DNA of 64,000 bases, the filler included, from Asterionella formosa (lineage: Eukaryota): assembly GCA_002256025.1 (NCBI GenBank). It is 16 parts of 16 records of this genome, joined end to end, with 100 filler letters (N's around TTAATTAATTAA, not from the genome) between each part and the next. Parts side by side here need not be neighbours in the genome. Positions count along the whole stretch, not along the records: positions 1 to 31,962 come from NKIB01000553.1; 15 more parts are not named here. One strand, 5' to 3'. The position numbers and the translations under genes were made by a program. The notes beneath the pieces are model-generated. The model was not told the DNA's origin. It saw only the letters and a list, made by a program, of their open reading frames with translations, and did no database searches. Positions 1-12,500 of the stretch are shown piece after piece. Each line of letters starts with the position of its first letter. Position 1 is the stretch's first letter.

Positions 1-2180
1 GATTTTCTATTATCATGTCTATTAGAATTCAATTTGTTCCGTTCAATCGAAATATGTACAATACAATTGACTAAAATGAATTTTGGTTTTATCTTTGTAT
101 GTGTCTGATGCTAGTAGCTAGTTGTGTGTGTCTGACAAGAAGTTACTGATGTCTGAAAACTATTATTATGTGTCTGACACAAAAAATTTTTTTTAACAAG
201 AAATCATCTGACAAAAAATCGTTCAACACAAGCTCCTGGCTGGGTGGGGGCAGGCTGTACGCAACATATGTATGAGGAAAAATCGTTTGTAGTTTGTTCA
301 CAGAGGTTGCAGGCAGCACTGGTGCCCAGTCATGCATGCATACCATGTAGATATGATGATGAGAGATAACGAAACAAGCGATATTATACCATATTGTAAT
401 CAACAAAATGCATCGTGTCCTCGTCTCGAAACATCAAAAAATCACGGGATGCACACAGTCATTCAGACAACACAGTAACTTCAATTAATCATTATATTGT
501 TCTACTTGTAGCAGTAGTCGTAGTGCAGCTACTTTGATGTGTTGAATCTTTATCAAACATCATTGCGTTGAATTGTGCATTTCTAAAGTAAATGAAAAAC
601 TTCTCCATCAGCGTCTTTAATTTTCGTTGTTAATACTATTTGTGCAACACCAATAGTTCTTCTACAAGCAACTGTACTTTCTATGTCGTGCTAGATATTG
701 TTCTCGATTTTCGCAGACATTTCCGCCATTTTCGTCATGTCAAGGCTGAGATGACAGCCCATGATGCACAAGATGCTCCCCAGCCAGACACCACGATTAC
801 TTTTTACACATTGACTAATAGTACATAGAAAAGAATTACTAAATAATTATGTACAAAGGCCCATGATGATGCATCTGAGCTAGCTATACCAAAACGGTAC
901 ACACATATACTTTTTAAAGTGACAAAGAGCGAGAATCGTCTTGTAAAAAATCGACTGACAGAAAATCGACTGCCGAGAAATTGCCTGAACCAATTTTGCT
1001 GATGTCTGAAACGATTTGTATGTGCCTAAAACAATAATTGTACATTTCTTCTCCTAAATTCTCATGAATTAAACCGTTTTACACTAACATTCTTCTAAAT
1101 GACTTATTTTGGACTGAAACATGTCCCTAAAATTGATTTGGCGATCATCGATTTCATGGGTCTGCGCCAAGCATTATTGATTTACTCCAGCTTATTTCTT
1201 TTTGAATTCCTGTATCTGCCTGTCAGCCGCTAACACGAATCAGCAAAATTACCGCAACCTACTGGTACCCTGGTACTATGTAGTAGTGAATACCCGGTAT
1301 TCAGTTGTACCCTGGACAGTCATATTGGTCATGGAATATTGAGGAGATATTAGTGACAGGCGCAACTTACATAAACATGGAAGTACAGGTGCATAAATAT
1401 GGATGTTGAAGGAGGTCACATTCATACATATGCATAATATCCACTGGAGTATATTAAAAGCTCATATTAGTAAAATATTTGATACATGGTAGTAAATTGT
1501 TTTCTCTGTGTTTCCAGTGGCATGATATGCTTTCATTTGATTGTGTCCACACCAGATGTTTATATTTTGCTTGCTTACTATGCATACTACTCCATAGGAT
1601 TATTACAACAGCATACCTCTGGTGTAGCCATTCAGTTGTTAACAAGCGCAGTTTTGTGGAGATACATGTGACAAATACAGATGTAGGTATGTGCTGGAAC
1701 TTGAATCTATGGATTTATGGTAGACAGCCAACTGCCACCCAACAGTGTATGAAATAAATTTATATAGCACACAATAGTAGAGTAGGTAAACGATTTATGG
1801 TATATCGTTTTCTCTGTGTCCAGCAACATACCCGGTATGTGCTTTCGTCGTGTATTGTGTCGACATCAGGTGTTTATATCTTGCTTTTGCTATGCAAACA
1901 CATCCACCAGGTGAAGGTATAGAGAACTCTACAACGGCTAGTAAATGCAAAATAATTTGAATAATGCATATCATGTAATATAGATATTCCGGAATTTATA
2001 TCCGTATATACTCTATTTACGTAAAAGTCTGGCTGGTTCGATCACGAAGCAAAATTCTTTGAGTCGATCTTCTTTGCCTCGGCGTCGCTCGGAAGAACGA
2101 CCACCATTCTCCCATAATTTCACACTCACTCATTTTTCGTTTCCCGTTATATTCACATTCAAACGCGTTCAGCTTTCACA

Positions 2181-2495
2181 ATGTCCAGCGAAGACCAAAA
2201 ACTACGGGTATCGTCTACTTCCAGTGGTCCAACGGAGAGTTTGCGGCTCGTTGTCGACCCTTCCAAGAAAGTTTCGTCGTGTCCAGCCCAAAGTGGACCG
2301 CAGGATGATGTCGGTGACTTGTTTGCTGATAATGGATTTCCAAGTGATGCTTTTTCCAATAGAGCCTTTCCGAGCGATGCTTTTTCTGAAATTACGGATA
2401 CTGTTCAAGGAGCTGTGTACACAACTGAAGTCAGAACAGGTCCCAGCATTGTTGATAATGATGGATTTATCACTACGGAACAAACAACTAGTTAA
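2181..2495 (+). CDS. Possible small acidic, disordered hypothetical protein (104 aa)
   Basis: ATG in cacaATG context after a pyrimidine-rich leader; internal duplicated FPSDAFS motif; no recognisable domain. Confidence 0.25.
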   Translation: MSSEDQKLRVSSTSSGPTESLRLVVDPSKKVSSCPAQSGPQDDVGDLFADNGFPSDAFSNRAFPSDAFSEITDTVQGAVYTTEVRTGPSIVDNDGFITTEQTTS

Positions 2496-2898
2496 AAGTT
2501 AAGGACTTGGTACAGAAGCAAAATGTTTTGCAAGAACACGATACACTACTAGGAAATACAACATCCCTTTTTCCAATCTGACCCAATACGTAGATGGGAT
2601 TTGTTTTTCTCTTGGAAATTAGCTAGCGACATACGACGAGATTGTCTTGGTGTAGCCCGTCAACAAGCTCATCGGCCAATCCCGTCATGTGCGGCAAAAT
2701 TCTGCAGGATGTTTACTTAAACGCACATGTGCAACCATTTGAGTATATCATAAAGATCGGGTTCGATTTTCTGGCGTCGTCACAAATCGTAAAACTGTCT
2801 GTGAATAAAGCTAAACAGAAACAAGATAAGAAAAACTACAACTCTGAATGAATTAGATATCCACTCCGTGATAATCGACCCTATACAAGAGGTACCTA

Positions 2899-4747
2899 CT
2901 ACAGCGAAGCTACTTTGGGTTTTGCATTCTCGCCTTCCCTTTCTGCTCCACCACCAGTCTTGGCATGAATGGACATTTCCTTCGCTTGCTTTATCATTTC
3001 TTCTTGATCATCTGCTGAAACTTCTTGCCCTTGCGCCTTGGCCATAGTAGTCATGGCTGCCACCGACAGACGCGCCTTGATATCTTCCGCTTCGAATCCT
3101 GTGGATGGAATCATCTTGGCTGCCATTTGGCCAATCTGATAAAATTCTCGTCCCAATACACGGACAGCTTCAGCTCGTTTCAATCGTGTGGCCTTTGGGA
3201 CACTGGCATCATCAAAGAGTTTTTTGCACACTTCCTTCAGTGTACCCTGAATGTCACGCTTGTTGATGGCCCAGGCCAATTCCAAAAAGGCGGGCAGCGA
3301 ATGCTCCAAACTATCTACTATTTCCACTTCCTTTGCCTCATCCATTCCTTCAGACATGTTCTTTTGCATGGTTTCTGCCTCCCGCATTGCTTTACTTCCG
3401 GCCGAAACCGCCTTGATACCAGCTCCCAATAATTTCCAATTATTGTTAATAGCACTCGCGCCTTTTTTCGTTCTTGCAACATGCCCACCCATACCCAAGA
3501 ATGTGGTTTCAAAGCCTAAATATTCTTCTGCTGCCACTTCTAGAGCGAATCCAATGGTCCTGGCATACAATTCACCATAGGCTCCCTGGACAATGTGAAA
3601 AGCTTCTTCTTGACAAGAGGCAACAAACGTGACTGGATCTGCCTCATAGGCTGAGATTCGGCTGCGTAAATTCATAGCACACTTGACCACACGCTTGCGC
3701 TGCTTCAGAACATCTTGTGCCTTCATTACCTTGGCTCGTTCTTGCATAACCGCATACTGTTCTTCCTCCGTCATACCTTCCACATCCTTCATTCCTTCGT
3801 CATTCATCATAGTCTCAGCAGTGTTGGCAATCCAAAGTTCACCAATGTAAGGTTCAACCAGCGTCGACCCAAACATGACGTTCTGAATCGAAGGAAAGAG
3901 AGAATCGATTGAGTCATGTTGCATTCCGCTCCCTGCAGTCTAAGGCAAACAGCAGGTTCGAAAAATCAGGACTTACAAAAAACACAAAGGGATCTACCTG
4001 GGGAGCCGACTCATCCGAAACGTTTTCAGGTTTGCCGTTCTTGTCGTAGTTCTTTCGCGAATCCTCATTGGAAAGGATCTGGTAGGCTTGTCCAAGTTCC
4101 TGAAATTTTCGGGCTGCATCGGGGTCGTCAGGGTTCTTATCGGGATGACAAACACGGGCTTCCTTGTAGTATGCCTTCTTGATTTCCGATGGAGTGGCAT
4201 TTGTCGAAACAGAAAGCAGATCGTAATATCCTCGGTCCTTGACTGGTCTTTCTTCCATTTCTTCTCCTGGAGATGTGGGGTCGGTTGTTGGGGCTTGCTT
4301 CTGGATGTCTTCCCACTCTAGATCAAGGAAATAAAAGACCCAAGTTTTCGTATCTTTATCGTATATTTTACCGGCGGCTTTGGCTTCCTTGGCCAGTCTC
4401 ATTTCTTCTGTCATGGCAGCGACTCCTTGCCCCACCTTGTTGAAGAAGGATCCCACATTTTCGGTCCAGCTAGTCCTAGAGGCACTGGGAACACGATCGG
4501 AGACCATGGAATTTGATGAAGCAGACGTTGCTGAAGTCGCGCGTGCATTCAAACCATCAGCTGACATGATCGTGGTCCTTGGAGTCCTGTCGTCGCCTTC
4601 CTCGTCCTCGTCTTGCTTCCTCTGCTGATCGCGTGACGATCTTGACTGATCCAAAAACTTGGCAGCCACGGATGGATGGACTGTAAGTGAAAGTAAGGAA
4701 ATACAATAAGCGGTAGAAGCAAGGCAAGCAATGGACGAAAGGTGCAT
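2899..4747 (-). CDS. J-domain co-chaperone with C-terminal DnaJ-X domain; exons 4747-3977 and 3882-2899; start may instead be the ATG at 4567
   Basis: J-domain YYDLLSV...EIKKAYYKEARVCHPDKNPDDPDAARKFQELGQAYQILS with HPD. Intron 3976-3883 (GTAAGT...CAG, 94 bp) joins the two ORFs in frame to give DPFVFF/NVMFGSTLVEPYIGEL, typical of DnaJ-X family proteins. Confidence 0.9.
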
Positions 4748-6573
4748 CTAATTAAGAAATATACAATGACGACAAGTTTTTTATGGTAAAATGATATTTT
4801 GAGAATAGGGAATAGTTTCCTTATAATAAATACATACCGGTAGTCTACATACCTATTTGGCTGGATTCAAACTCAGGGTACCAGTACCAGGTACTTCTGC
4901 CCTGCTACGAGCAATTTGCTTTGCTGATATCACGATCTCAGCAATATAAAATCTTAGTAACGCCTTTGACCCAATAGTTAGTGCAATATGCTGGCCAGCG
5001 CATAACGCCGTTAAGTGGCATGATTTTAAATAGTAAGGTTTTAAGCTCTAAATATGATCTTTTTGGCAGATATGGCAAACAAACGTTTTGATTTGGCAGA
5101 TGAAGTGAACTTTCGAAGAATCGAGTACAAAAAAGTTTGCTGTGGGTCATTGGGTCATTGCTCGATTCATGCAAAGTCTACTTTATCTGCTAAATCAGAA
5201 AATTTTTGCTATATCTGCCAAAGTGATCATATTTATAGCAAAAGGGATGGCGTGCCAACTCGAAAGCGTTAATGGTTTAAGCCTTGGTATCTTATTTTTT
5301 CACGTAGGTAATCATATAAAAATTCATGTGACAGTTGCCATGTGGGGCCATTCAAGTAATATTACCGGATCGTCTTGCAGTACCATACCAAGGTAGCCCT
5401 TGTTGGCGCTGCTACCAGTACACACTTATTTACCTACACTAAAAAATGCGATTCTTCTCTTACACACGTTCTATACCGGTAGACGCACTCACGCATGTTG
5501 CGAAATCAGGTATTTTTTTGTTGACCGGAAACTGTTTGAATTTCATTACGATAAATCTCGTGTTGTCAAAATGGCGGACAGCTTGTGTTTACCAGGCAGG
5601 TACCGGAGTGTTAAATTCTTCTGCAGTCAGACTGCAATGCTAGCTCTTTCTTGACAAGCTCAGTGTATTAAAACCTTCTGTTCTAATCCCACCTTATTGT
5701 GAGCTTATTTGATCAATCTTGTAATTGTTCACATGACCAATGATTAAGGTTCTCTTCCCAAATTTGCATATAGATATTCATTGTGTTGTTAGACATTCAA
5801 TTCTCAACTGACAACTCAACTCCACTCACTTACAGCACAATTAAAAGACAATTGAAAGAAAATTAGCTCAGAACAATAGTGTAAACAATGTCCTTCATGC
5901 TCACCAGCTAGGCACACAACTTTCTTCACTGGTTGTTGAAAAACAAGGTAGAAGCCTGACACAAAAAAGCACAAGAAGCACATTCTAGCACTTCCCCAAC
6001 TCTCCCTTTAAGAAAGTCTCTCTACTTCTATCTCCCCACATCCAAGCACCTCAGGTCACCACACCTTTTGGGTTGATACCATTCAGGTTAAGTCTTTTTC
6101 AAAACCCAGACTTGGTATGCCAGGAAGCACCAACCCAGTTCCCTTGCTATAATAGAGTAGCAATAAGTCAGTAAATAAATGACTTAACAGGCATCAAATG
6201 CAGGCTCAATGTTGTTTGGTTAGCTTTGGCTTATCTACCAGCTTCTATTGATTGGTTTCCTTCAAAGCCTTCAATGCTTTCCTAGATCAACCAGTTGCCT
6301 TCACTTTGTAACACTTTCCATTCCATTGGAAGCATTGATCACTATTTCCACAGCCAACTTTGGATCACACTGATGGTCCACAGTTTCCATGACAAGTTGG
6401 TACTGGTTTATCCCTTCACCTACCTGACAAGTAGATTTTCTGCCAAGATATTTGATGTGATATGTTACTGCTTAAGAACTAAATGAATCTGTGTCCATTC
6501 AACTTCAACTATATTCAATTTGTAACTAATTCATGAAATGGTATCAAGATTTGCCTTATTTGCAGAAGCACTA

Positions 6574-9500
6574 TTAGTAGTACTGGGATGCAATATTCAC
6601 CAATCCAACCACAGCCACAATAAATGCACTCATTAGCCTTGGAATGCTAGACGCAGCAGACACTGCACACACATTTCCACAGCATGATGCTCCATAATAT
6701 TTTGCTTGTTCACAAGCCACGCAAATGGCCCCACTCTTGGATGTTCGTCCTGTCCCAGGAGAGAAGAACCCAGGTGCACACATAATGCCATTACACTGGT
6801 AGGCACCAACATCACCCTCATTCCAGTCTATATTCTGGCATAGCTCTGGTGCAATGGCTGACAATGCATTGTCCCTTAGATATATGGTTGCTTGAGTGAG
6901 TCTGGCCAGTTCACCAGGTACAGTGCCAGTTAACATGTTCCTCGACAAGTCAATGGTAACCTTTGTTGATGGATGACATGATGCCAAAAAATTGGGAGGA
7001 ATGGTTCCTGTCAAGAGATTGCCAGACAAGTCAAGAGCTAGCATGTCGGCATTTGAAGCAAAGGGTGTGAGTGTTCCAGTTAACTTATTGTTTTCCAATC
7101 GAAGAGTATTAAGCATCCGATTGGTGGAAAAACTTGGAATTCTTCCAGTTAGCATGTTGTTGGAACATGATAACGAAGTCAGCTCTTTAAGGTCCTCCAA
7201 TTCTGAAGATAACGTCCCCTGAATACTGTTGAAGCGAACGTCAAGTTCTAGTAATGCAACTGCCTTGCCAATTCCATCAAGCGTCTTGAGATTGATTGAG
7301 TTCAAAAGCATGCTAACTAAATGTTTGGCATTTTCAATTGAATCAAAAGAAAAGGTGATTGGATTCGAATACAACCACAAATATTTCAGGTTGGGCAAGT
7401 CAAAAATCTGCTTGGGAACTGTACCGTCCAAGTTGTTAGCTCCAAGAAGTAGCGACTCAATCGTTGCTCCATCGCTGCAAGAAACACCATACCATTCGCA
7501 AATATCAACATTGTGGTCCAGCCAATGGTCGTTCCTCTTCCAGTTTACCCCACCTGTCAACTGATAGAGGAGCTCTAGGATTACACGTTCTGCCTTCTTT
7601 TGGACAGGTGTACAAACAATCGCGCCAAAGTAGATACTGGCCTTTACATCTGTGCAGGGAACACATGGATCACTTGCACTAGACTGTCGTCCTATATCGT
7701 TGAATGATCCTGGTGGACAGAGGATGCCTTGGCAACTAAATTTGGCAACAGCTCCGTCATTCCAGGAAGATTGGGAACAAAAAGACGGGTCAATTTCGGT
7801 GATTTTGTTGTCTGCCAAATCTAAAATCAAATTGGAGAACCTACCCAACTCTGTTGGAATTGCTCCTGTCAATTTATTTGATTTGAGAATAACATTGATT
7901 TTCTGACTTGAGCTAACAATACCATTCAAAAAATCTTGAGGGATACTTCCAGTCAGAGTGTTGGATCCCAGATCAAGGTCTCGAAGATTTTGTAAGCCAG
8001 AAAATGATAGTAGTGGTCCAGTAATCCCCGCTCCTTTATTGCGATAGGAACGAATGTAGAACAACTTCAAAGCAGTCATTTTATTTAGACTGGTAGGCAA
8101 TGTCCCGAAAAAATAGTTGTTTGACAACTCAAGGTCTTGAAGCAGCGAAAGGTGGCTGATTTGGCTGGGTATCTCTCCAGAAAGGCCGTTCTGGTGGCAA
8201 TAAAACATCTTGAGGGCAACTAGCTGTCCAATTTTCGTTGACAGCGTTCCTCCGAATCCACTATTCGACATGTGAAGTCTCTCTAGCTTGGAAAGGAAAA
8301 AAATATCTTCGGGGATATCTTGTCCATCAAAATTGTTATCTTCGATAGAGAGAAACCTCAAATTTTCGAGTTGAGCAATCCCCTTGAGATTTGTCATGTT
8401 AGTTGTATGGGCATCCAGTTCCTCGAGTGAGGGAGCCAGTCCGATGCCTTCGAAAGAGAAGTCAACTTTGTTGTTGTCAAGAATCACCGTCTTCAAGTTT
8501 GGTAGACGAAAAAGAAACGGAGGAACTGTACCCACGAGTCCGTTATCGGAAAGATCAATTTTAGTCACTGTTTTGTTATAAACGTCGTCAAGACAAGAAA
8601 TACCGTGCCATTTGCAGATTGATAATTTGTCTTCCTCCCATCCATCCTTTTTCGTCCAGTTCTTGCCTGCCAAGTCATTGTAGAAATTGAACAAGATTGA
8701 TCTTTCGTCTAGGTTCATATCGAGTGATGTGCCACAAGAAACGCTTCCGAAGAATTCAGTGGACGAGTTGAACCCACAAAAGACACATGGATCCTCGTCA
8801 CTGACACGGCGACCATACGCATTGAAAAAGCCAGGAAAGCACAATAGCGCATCACACCCCTTTTGCACTTCTCCATCCATCCAATCGCCTTTCGAGCATA
8901 GCACTTGAGGGATACTATTAATCGCGTTTCCAGCTAAAAAGAGCTTGAGGTCATCGAAACGCGACAGCTCAGAAGGGATCGAACCAGATATCTTGTTCGC
9001 GGTGAGATCGATTCGCACGGTTTCACTATGATCGGTAATGCCCTCCAGAAAATCGGAGGGGATTGATCCATTGAACTGGTTCCCGCCAAGATAGAGTTCA
9101 CGGAGGTCGTTTGCGTTGTTGAATGGTAGGATGTTGCCGATGAGGCCCTGCGTTCCAGTGGCACCACTTCCCGTCTGTCGCTGCAAGGAGAGAACCCGGA
9201 GATTTGTTAGAGAATTCAATTCAGTCGGCAACACGCCGGAAAATCTGTTCTCGCCCAAACCGAGGTATCGAACACTCGAAAGCTTGCCAATATCTGAGGG
9301 AATCGAGCCAGTCAAATTATTGTGAAAAAGAAAGAACTCTTCGAGGTTCACCAGCGCGCCGAACTGCGTTGGAAAAGTGCCGGTCAACATGTTGTAGTTC
9401 AAGTAGAGGCGCTTTAACATCGTGAGACTAAAGAGTTCGTCGGGAATTTTGCCAGTGATATCGTTCGCTGTCAAGCGTAAGGATGTCAGAGCAGGTGCGC

Positions 9501-12500
9501 TTCCAATACCTGCGAGTGAATTGACCTTTGTCTGCGATAGATCAAGTGATTCTAGACTTGCAGCAGTTTCAATAGCCGTAAAATTGAGGAGGTCGATCTC
9601 ATTATTTCTCAGATCAAGTACTTGCATGTTTTTAAGTTCAAAGATTGAAGGCGGAAGTGTCCCAACCATCGAATTTTCTTGTAACACGATTCTTTGAACA
9701 GAGTTGTTACCATTGCAAGTAACGCCATGCCATTTGCATATGTCACTGTTGTCTTCGTCTCGCCAACCATCTGAGGAAGTCCAATCTTGCCCATTCAACT
9801 GTATAAACATGTAATCCAGGATCTCTTTTTCAGGAACTGGAATACATTGTGTGCTGCCGTAAAACTTGGCATACTCTGTGTTATCACAAGGCTCACATGT
9901 CAAATTTGCTGTCGCTCGTCCCATCGAATTGAAAGTTTTCTGGGCACACAAGATATTATTACAAGATCCCACTATCGCACCATTCCAGGTGAGGTTGCAA
10001 AGCTGAGATGGAATGGAATCAATTTCGTTATCTGCGAGAAAGATGTTCAAGTTAGTAAATCTTGAGAGTTCGGATGGGATCGATCCATTGAGATTATTGA
10101 TCCGAAGGTCAACAGTGATCTGTTCTGTACTGGTAACACCATCCAAGAATGTTGATGGAATATGTCCAGTGAATGCATTACGGTACAAATACAAGCCAGT
10201 GAGACTCGTCATCGAAGCAAAGTCAGGCAAATTCCCAGTCAACCCAATGCTGGAAGGCCCGGCACTGATCTGGTCAGAAAGGTCTAAATGCTTCAATTTC
10301 GTGAGGTTGTTCAGCCCTGCGGGTAATTTCCCTGTGAAGCTGTTTTCTTCAAGCGACAGATACTGGAGTGAACTCAGAGTGCCTAACACAGTTGGTACTG
10401 TTTTGTACAAGCCGCAATTTCCGCAAGAGAAGAAGACCATGTTACTCAGCAAGGTAACTGACAAAGGAAATTCACCCGAAAATTCATTCTTCGTCATGTA
10501 CAATGCTTCGAGTCTTGAAAGCTTTGAGATATCCTCCGGGAAAGTACCGTTGAAGTTATTTTCTCCAATGTGAAGTAGTTTGAGCGAATTCGAAACTCCT
10601 TCGATACCGGAAACCGTCGTAAGGCCCATGCCATCTAAGTTCATAAACTCCAAGTTTGTTGCATTTCCGATACCATCAAAGTCAATGCCTGCAGTATTAA
10701 ACGAGAAATTAATCTCGGTGATATTAGGAAGAGTGAAAATAATACTTGGGATTGTTCCATTCAAGTTATTTCTGGACAGAACTATAGCAGAAACTGACTC
10801 GGTGGAGTCAGACGTGCAAGTGATCCCATACCATTCGCATATGCTTATTGTAGGATCCAACCAATTAGTCTGCGTTGCCCAATTGTAGCCATCCGTTTTC
10901 AGAAACAAATCTGTGAGAATAGCTCTCTCATTATTCGCCGCCCCTTCAGTATCTCCGACGCAGTCGAAACTACCATAGTATGGGGCTTTTGTACCTCCTG
11001 GGCATTTCTGACAAGCATCATTTTCGTGTTCGCGCCCATATCGACTAAATGTGTCAGGACTGCATAGAAATCCATCGCAGCCATACTTCCCGACATCACC
11101 AGTCATCCATGCAGCCTGCAAACAAATTCCTTCCGCGATATGACTGATTGCTTTGTTCCCGGCAAGGTATAGTGCAAGTTTTCCGAACTGTGTGAGAGAA
11201 GCTGGAACCGTTCCAGTCAATTGATTCGCGATGAGATCAACGTCAATCTGTTGAGTTTTGTCGACAACGCCGTCAAGGAAGTCGAAAGGAATTGTTCCTG
11301 TCAATTGGTTGACACCTAGGTATAGTTGCGTAAGATTAGTCAATCTATTAAAGGAAGGCAAAGGTCCTCGAAGTCCAATTCCTTGTCTTGCATTTTGAAT
11401 TTCGCTTCCATCGGTTCCTCCAGGGTTAAATGAAGAGTTCGTTCCTTCTTCCCTTTGAATCGCAATAACTTCAATGGATGTGAGGTCATTCAGTTCGTCA
11501 GGGAGAGATCCAGTAAAAAGGTTTTCTGTCAATGCGAGAATTTTTAATTTTTTTAGAGAGCCAATAGCGGCTGGGATTTGACCAGTTAAACGATTGTGAA
11601 GAAGATAGAGCTCTTCCAAATTACTCCATTTAGCAACATCCTGTGGTATTCGACCGGACAACCTGTTGTAGTTGAGAAACACCTGCTTCAGCTTCGGTAG
11701 TTGAAATAGGTCGTCAGGAATGGTTCCTGTTAGATCATTGTCGGTCAAATGTAGAATCTCCAGGTTCTTTGCTGCGCCTATGCCTTTGATTGAATTCAAG
11801 TCCGTGTCCGAAAGGAAAAGGCTAGCCAGGTTTGCGGCGTCGCCGATGCCTTCAAATATGAAGTCAATTTGGTTTAGACGCAAATCAAGCGAAGTCAAAC
11901 TACTGAGTTTGAAAATGGATTTCGGCGGAGTACCAGTCAGCCTATTCCCATTCAAGTCAATTTCGATGATAGATCCGTCACTGTTACAAAGAATGCCACT
12001 CCAATTGCAGTAGTCTGTTGTGCTCATCCAACCTTCTGTATCTTTCCATGAGTTGCCGCCAGTGTTGTAGAACAGTTCCGAAAGAATGTCTATTTCTGTC
12101 AAATTCTGATCCAATACTTCTCCAGCACAGCTCGTGGCTCCCATGACCCTATTTTCGATACAGGTTCGGCACGAGCTTCCTGCAGCAGTTTGTCGACCGA
12201 ATTCGTTATAAGTTCCGATCGGGCAGAGAATTGCATCGCACCTATAGTCTCCAACAGCTCCATCCATCCAATTTTCAAGCCCGCATAGCTCGTCTGCGAT
12301 GCCGGTGACCCGGTTCCCCGTTAAATCAAGACGGAGGTCATTAAAACGATTGCCCCAAGACGCTGGTACCGTCCCGGTAATTAAATTATCGCCTAGTTGA
12401 ATATCGATGACCTCGTTGCTACGAGCTGTTGTGGCCAAGAAATCCGTTGGTAGCGTACCCGTCAATTTGTTGGAATTCAGGTGGAGGATTTTTAGTTGTC

